Shown here in pieces: positions 8,070 through 15,327 of a stretch of DNA of 52,378 bases. Below the pieces are notes generated by a model, which saw only the letters and a program-made list of their open reading frames with translations, was not told the origin of the DNA and searched no databases. The DNA lies in contig JAQUSD010000003.1 in assembly GCA_028715295.1 (NCBI GenBank), positions 1 to 52,378 of the forward strand. The letters run 5' to 3'. Each line of letters opens with the position of its first letter. The first letter of the stretch is position 1. This stretch comes from Candidatus Nanoarchaeia archaeon (lineage in GTDB: Archaea; Nanobdellota; Nanobdellia; JAQUSD01). A program made the translations under genes and the position numbers.

Positions 8070-10160
8070 ATGAAACTTATTGTGTCAGAAAAAGTTATGG
8101 CCGGAGAAAAACTGTCAGAGTTCTTAAGCCAGAATAAGGCAAAAAAAACAAAAGAAAAAGAGGTTCCTGTCTGGACCCATAAGGATTGGGTTATAGTTCC
8201 TATGAGCGGACACATACTAAATTATGATTTTTCAGAAGATTTTTCAGACTGGTCAAAAACAGATATGGAAGAGTTGGTTAACTCTGAAAAAATAATAACA
8301 AAAACCCTCCCAAACGTCTGTGACTTAATTGCAAAATACGCAAAGAAAGCTGATGAACTCATAATAGCAACAGACTATGACCGGGAAGGAGAAGCTATTG
8401 GGTATGAGGCTGTTGATATTGCTGTTGAAAAAAACCCAAAAATAAAATTAAAAAGAGCAAGGTTTTCAGCATTAACGAAAGACGAGATAATCGCATCTTT
8501 TGAAGATAAAAATCTTGTAATCCCTGATAAAAACTTGAGCGACGCAGCAAATGCAAGAAGGGAAATAGATTTGTATTGGGGGGCCGCACTTACCAGATTG
8601 ATTTCAGTCATAGCTCAGCGATTAGGGAGGATGTACCTCTCTGTTGGAAGGGTTCAGTCTCCAACACTGGCAATAATAACTGACAGGGAAAAGGAAAGAA
8701 TGGTATTCAAACCAGAAAGATACTGGGAAATATCAGCAAATCTGGGATTTAGTAAAAATAAATTTACTGCAAAACATAACCCTTTTAAAATCAAGAAAAA
8801 AGAAGAAGCACAAAGAATACAGAATCTTAAAGAAAAAACAGCAAAAGTCATTGAAATAGAAAAAAAACAGGAGCGGACAAAACCGCCAGCGCCATTTAAT
8901 ACAACCTCATTTTTAAGCGCTGCATCAAATATAGGTTTTTCAGTTGCAAATGCAATGAGGCTTGCAGAATCACTTTATCTAAAAGGACTTATTTCATATC
9001 CAAGAACCTCAAATACTGTTTACCCAGAAGCAATAAAATTAAGAGAACTACTTCAGGAACTCTCAAAACAAAGTACATTAGGAAAGTTTGCAAAAGAAAT
9101 TCTTGAGAAAAAGGAAATTATACCTACAAGAGGCAAGAAAAAAACGACAGACCACCCTCCAATTTATCCAGTGGCGCCAGCAGATAAGTCAAAACTTTCA
9201 CAGCAGGAGTGGAAGTTGTACCAACTGGTTTTCAGAAGATTTATAGCAACACTTTCAGACACATCTCTTGAGGAAAAAGCAAGGATGCTTTTTGAAGCAG
9301 GAAAGGAAATATTCTCAATTAATGGATTCAGGGTAATTGAACCAGGATGGAGAAAATATTACAAATACAGTTCCAAAGAAGAAGTTGAAATTCCTAACTT
9401 AAAGAAAGGAGACCTTGTTGAAATTTTGAAAATTAACAGCAATGAAAAAGAAACACAGCCACCTAGAAGATATGGACAAGGTTCATTGATTAAATTAATG
9501 GACGATTTAAACTTAGGGACAAAAGCAACAAGGCACGATATTCTTAAGAAACTTATTTACAGAGGTTATGTTCTTGCAACAAATATGGAACCGACAAATA
9601 TAGCAATGGCGTTAACAGAAGTTATGAAAGAATACGCACCAAAAATAACAAAGCCGGAAATGACAGCACAGCTGGAAGAGTATATGGATGATATTGAACA
9701 GGGAAAGAAAACCCTAAGTGAAGTTGTTAAAACCTCAAAGGAACTTCTTTTAGAAGTTATAAAAACAATTGAAAATCAAAAGGAAGCAGTAGGTGAAAAA
9801 TTAAGAGAAGCCCTTATTCAGGACAGGATAGTTGGCCCATGCAATAAATGCGGGGAAGAAATGATTATCGTGCGTTCAAAAGGAAGTAGAAAGAGGTTTA
9901 TAGCATGCAAAGGATATCCAAAATGTGAGAACAGCTATCCTCTGCCACAAACAGGAAAGCTCCTTGTTTTATCCTCAAAATGCGAAGGATGCAATACAAA
10001 CTACATATCTGTTATTATGTTTGGAAAGCGTCCATGGAAATTCTGCCCTAATATTGACTGTCCAAAAAGACAGGAAGAAGAATATATTATTGAGCTTAAA
10101 AAGAAAAAAGCTGAAGAAGAGAAACTAAAAACACTCAAAGAAGAAAAAACTATTAACTAA
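8070..10160 (+). CDS. topA: DNA topoisomerase I (type IA)
   Basis: Toprim LIVSEK and ATDYDREGE; SVGRVQSPTL; catalytic ISYPRT; HPPIYP; C-terminal zinc ribbons. Confidence 0.97.
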   Translation: MKLIVSEKVMAGEKLSEFLSQNKAKKTKEKEVPVWTHKDWVIVPMSGHILNYDFSEDFSDWSKTDMEELVNSEKIITKTLPNVCDLIAKYAKKADELIIATDYDREGEAIGYEAVDIAVEKNPKIKLKRARFSALTKDEIIASFEDKNLVIPDKNLSDAANARREIDLYWGAALTRLISVIAQRLGRMYLSVGRVQSPTLAIITDREKERMVFKPERYWEISANLGFSKNKFTAKHNPFKIKKKEEAQRIQNLKEKTAKVIEIEKKQERTKPPAPFNTTSFLSAASNIGFSVANAMRLAESLYLKGLISYPRTSNTVYPEAIKLRELLQELSKQSTLGKFAKEILEKKEIIPTRGKKKTTDHPPIYPVAPADKSKLSQQEWKLYQLVFRRFIATLSDTSLEEKARMLFEAGKEIFSINGFRVIEPGWRKYYKYSSKEEVEIPNLKKGDLVEILKINSNEKETQPPRRYGQGSLIKLMDDLNLGTKATRHDILKKLIYRGYVLATNMEPTNIAMALTEVMKEYAPKITKPEMTAQLEEYMDDIEQGKKTLSEVVKTSKELLLEVIKTIENQKEAVGEKLREALIQDRIVGPCNKCGEEMIIVRSKGSRKRFIACKGYPKCENSYPLPQTGKLLVLSSKCEGCNTNYISVIMFGKRPWKFCPNIDCPKRQEEEYIIELKKKKAEEEKLKTLKEEKTIN

Positions 10161-10729
10161 CCCAATACACTGTTAATTTCATAGACAAGAACAGTTGCAA
10201 TTGTAAAAAAATTGAATTTCTCCTCAGAATTATAATTTAGCAAATCAACTTCTTCACCCTCCAAAGCTTTTAAAAAATCAATATAAACTTTAAGAAGATA
10301 ACCTGAATCCGTAAAATTTCTTTTTGGGTTTATAAAATGAATTCTTGGAGAACCCTTGTATATACTTAAAATTAGTTTAGGGGCGTAATCATCGTCTAAA
10401 GTGGCCATGTCCTGTTCTAAATTTAATCTTGAATTTAATTTTTCTTCAAGAGAACCATTAAGCAAATCTTCCTCAGCTATTGATTTCATGTTAAAAAGCT
10501 TTTCAAATAAATTTTCAGGCTCTCCTAATGCTTTTATTTTCTCAAGCAAATTTTCCGTTTTAAGCATTTCAATGTACGCTTTGTAACCCACTTTTATAAA
10601 CTCAGAAACAAAATTATTAGAATAAGATTTAAACTCTTCATCGTTCATTCCGTTCAGCTCTTCATTAGAAACACCATAATATTTACTAAGCGTTGCTGTC
10701 AATCCCCCTCTAAAAAGGTTTATGTTCAT
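10157..10729 (-). CDS. Hypothetical protein
   Basis: 190-aa acidic ORF filling the gap between topA and map; no recognised motif. Confidence 0.65.
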   Translation of the reverse strand: MNINLFRGGLTATLSKYYGVSNEELNGMNDEEFKSYSNNFVSEFIKVGYKAYIEMLKTENLLEKIKALGEPENLFEKLFNMKSIAEEDLLNGSLEEKLNSRLNLEQDMATLDDDYAPKLILSIYKGSPRIHFINPKRNFTDSGYLLKVYIDFLKALEGEEVDLLNYNSEEKFNFFTIATVLVYEINSVLG

Positions 10730-10759
10730 AGAATTAATTTCAACATAAAAACTTTAAAA

Positions 10760-11647
10760 TCATTCTGTTGTAATCTCAACACCCTCTTTTTTAACAATCA
10801 TGGTGTTTTCAGCCTGACTTATAAAACCCCCCATTCTGTCTTTGAGAACAGCATAGTTGTGAAGTATCTCGGCTTTCTCAAGGTAATTCATAATAAAATC
10901 AATATTCCCAAATTTTTTATAAAGCCAGGTTTTTGAAAAAGGAAGTGTAGAGTAGTTTTTTTCAATGTAATCTAAAATCTGTCTGGCTTTTGCTACTCTT
11001 ATCGGTTTTCTTTGGAGTAATTTATATATGGCACCTTTTCTTGTATCAATAACAAAGCCCGCCCCTGTGCTTGCAAAGGGTTCTACAGCAACCACGCTGT
11101 TTTCCTCAAAAATCGTTTTTGAACCATTTGCGTAATTAGGTATGTTTTCTGCATAACCATGGAGTTCATTTTGGCTTAATACGTGTCCGCTTAAATTTTT
11201 AACCGGAACAAAACCATATTTTCTAATAGATTCCTGTATAACAGAACCAACGCCCCCATACGTTGCCCCCAGCTTTATCATTTTTTGGGATTTTTCAAGA
11301 GCCTCTCTGCTGGATTCAATAAGTTTTGAATGTTCATTTGAACCAACCTCAATAGTATAAGCTGTATCAGCAATATACCCTTTAACATGAACACCAATAT
11401 CTATTTTCACAACATCTCCTTTAATTAGTGTTCTTTTGTCTTCTGGATAGGCAGTATCATGAGCAGCAATTTCATTTACAGATATATTAACAGGAAATCC
11501 AATCTCGCCTCCCAAGAATTTTATTTTAGATTCAATTTTTTCAGCGAGTTCAGAATAAGAAACATTGTTCTTAACCAGAAGTTTAGAATATTCTTTTGCT
11601 TCTTTTGCTATTTTGCCGGCTTTTCTGTAATAATCAAAACTGTCCAT
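10760..11647 (-). CDS. map: Methionine aminopeptidase, type II
   Basis: FPVNISVNEIAAHDT, DIGVHVKGYIADTA, NLSGH, AVEPFAS, type II helical insert. Confidence 0.96.
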   Translation of the reverse strand: MDSFDYYRKAGKIAKEAKEYSKLLVKNNVSYSELAEKIESKIKFLGGEIGFPVNISVNEIAAHDTAYPEDKRTLIKGDVVKIDIGVHVKGYIADTAYTIEVGSNEHSKLIESSREALEKSQKMIKLGATYGGVGSVIQESIRKYGFVPVKNLSGHVLSQNELHGYAENIPNYANGSKTIFEENSVVAVEPFASTGAGFVIDTRKGAIYKLLQRKPIRVAKARQILDYIEKNYSTLPFSKTWLYKKFGNIDFIMNYLEKAEILHNYAVLKDRMGGFISQAENTMIVKKEGVEITTE

Positions 11648-11713
11648 GTTATAATCACATCAAAATAACCAATATAAAACTATTCATCAAAAAAAAATGA
11701 TAAGTTAATACAA

Positions 11714-12178
11714 CTAATTTAGAGCAGTACAGAAGGATGAGCCAGCAACACTTCCTGGAAGAGTAATTTCCATTGAATATGTCCTACCATGTTCTAAATT
11801 AGCTGCTGTTGTGAAGTTGTATTGATATAAGGCTGAAACGGAAAGTTCAGGCCAGCTTGTTTCAATAACAGAATCCAGAACTTCTCCGCCCCTTTTTATT
11901 ACAATTACTGCATTTCCAGCGAGAATTCTTGAGTTTCCATCATTAAAAAATGTAAGCTCTACACCCTCTGATGTTGAATTGCATTCTGCTTTTAGAACAC
12001 TAAATCTCGAGCCAGTCTGCCTCTCTAAGTCAGTAATATCCCCTTCTGCTCCTCCACGGCCTCTTTCACTCAATGAAGATATCCATATAAAAGCTGTGCC
12101 AGCAAGAGCAATTGTTATCATAAGCATAAGTATTATGCTTACAATAGGAGTTACTCCCTTTTTAGAGAATTCGATCAT
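11714..12178 (-). CDS. Archaeal type IV pilin-like protein (class III signal peptide)
   Basis: SKKG|VTPIVSIILMLMITIALAG prepilin cleavage motif plus hydrophobic helix. Start ATG 12178 or 12217. Confidence 0.88.
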   Translation of the reverse strand: MIEFSKKGVTPIVSIILMLMITIALAGTAFIWISSLSERGRGGAEGDITDLERQTGSRFSVLKAECNSTSEGVELTFFNDGNSRILAGNAVIVIKRGGEVLDSVIETSWPELSVSALYQYNFTTAANLEHGRTYSMEITLPGSVAGSSFCTALN

Positions 12179-12256
12179 ACAGCTGTAAAGGACTTTTTTA
12201 TTTATAACTGTTTCCATAGGTTAAATTATTAAGTTAATCTGCTTAAGTAAGATATA

Positions 12257-14257
12257 ATGAAAAAAGGAGAAATGTCATCTTTAGATTTAATGGCTGTAAT
12301 AAATGAAATTAAAGAACTGCTTACAGGAGCAAAGCTCCAAAAGGTATATCAGTCTGAAAAAGGAGAATTTTATTTTTACTTTTATAAACAAAGAGAATAT
12401 GTTCTGCATATAATATCAGGAGAGATGATGCATTTAACCAATTATAAAAAAGAATTCCCGCAAGTACCCCCACATTTTTGCATGTTCTTAAGAAAATATC
12501 TAAAAAACGCAGTCCTTTTGAAAATAGTCCAGCCAAAATCCCAAAGAATTGCTGAACTTCATTTTAAGACCTCTAATGAAGAACCATACATCTTAATTTT
12601 TGAACTTTTTTCAAAAGGCAACATAGTTTTATGCGATTCTAATCACATAATAATACAACCTTTGTTATTCCAGAAATGGGCAAGCAGAACAATAAAGCCA
12701 AAGGAAAAATATATTTACCCTCCAACCACAACGCCTGATTTAAGAAGTCTTGACGAAGCAAAATTCATAGAACTTATGTCAAAATCAGAGAAAGCAGACG
12801 CAGTGCGTTTTTTAGCAATAGATATTGGGTTGGGAGGTGTTTATTCTGAATTTATTCTTTCAATTTCAGGAATTGACAAGTATGAATTACCAGATAAAAT
12901 TAACAAAAAAACAGCTTCAAAGCTTTACAATGAACTTATGAAACTTGTTGTAAAAATCGCAACAGGAGATACTGAACCAAACATAATACACTCAAATGGG
13001 TTGCCGTTGTTCGCATCACCAGTTTATCTTGGAAAAACAAATTTAACCGAGTTTAATTCATTTAATGATGCAGTAGACGAATTTTTTGCAAAAGATGAAA
13101 AAACAAAAGAAAATCTAGAAAAAACAAAAAAAACCAATTTAAGGGTAAACGAGTATGTTAAGAGATATGAAGAACAGAAAAAAACCGTTGAAGAATACGA
13201 AAAAAAATCAAAAGTGATGAAATCAGAAGCCGAACTTCTCATGAGAAACAAGTTTGTAATCCAGAATATAATAAGCAAGATACTTTCTTCAAGAAAAAGC
13301 GGATATTCATGGGAAGATATATTACTTAGAGTAAAACAGGAAAAAGAAGCGGGTGTTGATGAAGCCCAAATTATTAAACTAATTGAACCCCATCTCGGGA
13401 AAATAATTATTGATGTTGAAGGAAAAGACCATGAATTTGATTTGCACGATGATGTTGGGTATGTAATAAATGAAAAGTATGAAGATTCTAAAAAATTAGA
13501 AGCAAAAGTTGAAGGGGCCAAATCAGCAATGCTTGAAACTAAAACAAAAATAGAACAGATAAAAAAAGAAGAAGAATCTTCTCCAGTAAAAGAATCTTCG
13601 CTTAAAAAAATAGAGAAAAAAACACCAGCAAGATGGTATGAAAATTATAGGTGGTTTATTTCAACAGACAATTATTTGGTAGTTTCAGGAAAAGATGCTT
13701 CACAAAACGAAATTTTAATAAGAAAATATATGGAATTAAATGATAAAGTGTTCCATGCGGACATCCACGGTTCCCCATTTACAATTGTGAAATCAAAAGA
13801 AAAAAAAATACCTGAAAATACCCTAAAAGAAGCAGCAATACAGACTGCCTCTTATTCAAAAGCGTGGAAAGAGGGGCTAGGAAATGTTGATGTTTATTGC
13901 GTTGAGCCCATACAGGTTAAAAAAAGTGGACCTTCAGGGGAGTATCTTGCAAGAGGCTCTTTTATGATACATGGCAAGAAAAATTATTTTAATAATACTG
14001 TGCTTGAAATAGCTGTTGGTGTACTTATAAAAGACAGCAAATACCAGATTATCTCAGGTCCTTATGAAGCTATAAAAAAACATTCAAGATATTTTGTCAG
14101 GCTTTCTCCTGGACAACAAGACGCTAAAATCCTTGGTTCTGAGGTTTTAACTAAATTAAAGCTTAAGGTTTATGGGAATGATGCGGGCGTCTTAGAGATG
14201 ATTAAGCCTTCTGATATAGAGCCGTTTATTCCAGGAGGCTCAAGATTATTATCCTGA
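12257..14257 (+). CDS. rqcH: NFACT-family ribosome quality control protein (RqcH/Rqc2)
   Basis: SSLDL, FCMFLRKYL, ELFSKGNIVL, long coiled coil, WYENYRWF, GKDASQNE, FHADIHGSP, GEYLARGSFMIHG. Confidence 0.93.
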   Translation: MKKGEMSSLDLMAVINEIKELLTGAKLQKVYQSEKGEFYFYFYKQREYVLHIISGEMMHLTNYKKEFPQVPPHFCMFLRKYLKNAVLLKIVQPKSQRIAELHFKTSNEEPYILIFELFSKGNIVLCDSNHIIIQPLLFQKWASRTIKPKEKYIYPPTTTPDLRSLDEAKFIELMSKSEKADAVRFLAIDIGLGGVYSEFILSISGIDKYELPDKINKKTASKLYNELMKLVVKIATGDTEPNIIHSNGLPLFASPVYLGKTNLTEFNSFNDAVDEFFAKDEKTKENLEKTKKTNLRVNEYVKRYEEQKKTVEEYEKKSKVMKSEAELLMRNKFVIQNIISKILSSRKSGYSWEDILLRVKQEKEAGVDEAQIIKLIEPHLGKIIIDVEGKDHEFDLHDDVGYVINEKYEDSKKLEAKVEGAKSAMLETKTKIEQIKKEEESSPVKESSLKKIEKKTPARWYENYRWFISTDNYLVVSGKDASQNEILIRKYMELNDKVFHADIHGSPFTIVKSKEKKIPENTLKEAAIQTASYSKAWKEGLGNVDVYCVEPIQVKKSGPSGEYLARGSFMIHGKKNYFNNTVLEIAVGVLIKDSKYQIISGPYEAIKKHSRYFVRLSPGQQDAKILGSEVLTKLKLKVYGNDAGVLEMIKPSDIEPFIPGGSRLLS

Positions 14258-14355
14258 AAGTCTCAAAGTCTCACTAAAATTTGAGACTTTTGAGACTTTG
14301 ATAAAAAGAAAGTCTCAAAGTCTCACTAAAATTTGAGACTTTTGAGACTTTGATA
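14256..14355. repeat. Two identical 48-bp units (period 52 bp), each an imperfect palindrome of four AGTCTCA/TGAGACT motifs
   Basis: GAAAGTCTCAAAGTCTCACTAAAATTTGAGACTTTTGAGACTTTGATA at 14256-14303 and 14308-14355, separated by AAAA. Confidence 0.98.
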
Positions 14356-14363
14356 CCTTACAA

Positions 14364-14380
14364 CAGAAAGCAATATATAT
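14364..14380 (+). promoter_or_regulatory. Putative BRE/TATA promoter of the wHTH gene
   Basis: CAGAAAG-C-AATATATAT ending 22 nt before ATG 14402. Confidence 0.6.
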
Positions 14381-14401
14381 CCTTGATTCATTTATTTTTT
14401 T

Positions 14402-14887
14402 ATGAGTTATGAAGAAGCTGAAGAACAAAAACAAAAAAAGACTGAGATACACCTACACCAAAGTGATTTAGGAAGCCTTTTCTCGCACATATCAAAACAA
14501 CTAAGTCTTATGGATGAAAAGCAAAAAATGCTAATGGAAGGCCAGATAAATATGATTGAACATCAAATAATGACTATTTCTGCGCTTAAAAAACACGACG
14601 AAAAGATAAATACAAACGTTTCAAATGTCAATAAAAATGTTTTATCTGGGTTTGAAGCCTTGGAAAACCTTTCAAATCTTAAAAACAAAGTTGAAAAAGA
14701 ATTTAAGAGCGAATTGGGTAAGCAAATGCTTGAGATTTTAAATCAAAAAAAAGAAATGACAACCTCTGAAATAATTGAAGCCTTTAAAAAATATGCTTCA
14801 AGAGCAACAATATTCAGAACTTTAAGCGAATTAACAGAAAGAAACCTTGTGGAAAGAGTTCACGGAAAGATTTTAATCAAAAATTGA
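14402..14887 (+). CDS. Coiled-coil + C-terminal winged helix-turn-helix DNA-binding protein
   Basis: Helical heptad-like residues ~25-100; C-terminus MLEILNQKKEMTTSEIIEAFKKYASRATIFRTLSELTERNLVERVHGKILI fits the wHTH pattern. Confidence 0.8.
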   Translation: MSYEEAEEQKQKKTEIHLHQSDLGSLFSHISKQLSLMDEKQKMLMEGQINMIEHQIMTISALKKHDEKINTNVSNVNKNVLSGFEALENLSNLKNKVEKEFKSELGKQMLEILNQKKEMTTSEIIEAFKKYASRATIFRTLSELTERNLVERVHGKILIKN

Positions 14888-15327
14888 ACACACATAATGA
14901 TAAAAATAGACATTTTGAAATTTCTACAAACGAAAAATATAATTAATAGTTCACCCAAAAAATAAATCATATCTTTGAAAAATCATAATTAAAACATTTA
15001 ATTTTAAAAATATCTGCCCCAAAATAAAATCATGAATAATATCCCACTAAAATTAAAATTTATTTATTGGATATATTAAAAATAAAATAAAATATTTTTT
15101 TCATAATTATTCAGAATAAAACCATAATTTAATTGATAATAATGATTTTAAACACACCGCATAAGTTTTTTAAATAAAAATAAATAATCCAGTTAAAAAA
15201 TAATAAACTTTTAAAAGAAGAATATCAAAATATTTTATTATTTGAGTTTGATGGACAAAGAAAAAACATAAAAGTAATAATCACTATTACCTAAGAACGA
15301 CTTTTAAAATTTTTAAATTAAATTTAA
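14888..15327. other. 440-bp extremely AT-rich non-coding tract between convergent genes (candidate DNA-unwinding element)
   Basis: Hand count 73 G+C in 440 nt (~17%); 31-nt pure A/T run at 15071-15101; no ORF in the supplied track. Confidence 0.7.

Noticed and set aside
14256-14355. CRISPR mini-array reading of the tandem repeat
   Set aside because: The units are separated by only 4 nt, there are no unique spacers, and no cas genes are in the window.
14256-14355. MITE/IS end or intrinsic terminator
   Set aside because: No transposase or target-site duplication is visible; the hairpin is A/T-rich, duplicated and echoed inside genes, which a terminator would not explain.
15188-15198. Mini-ORB-like TCCAGTTAAAA in the AT-rich tract
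   Set aside because: Single copy, lacks the G of GAAA and any G-string; the same string recurs inside lhr near 16050; no orc1/cdc6 nearby.
14888-15327. Hidden membrane-protein ORF on the T-rich minus strand
   Set aside because: Stops occur in all three minus-strand frames within 14920-15070; only a heavily decayed remnant remains possible.
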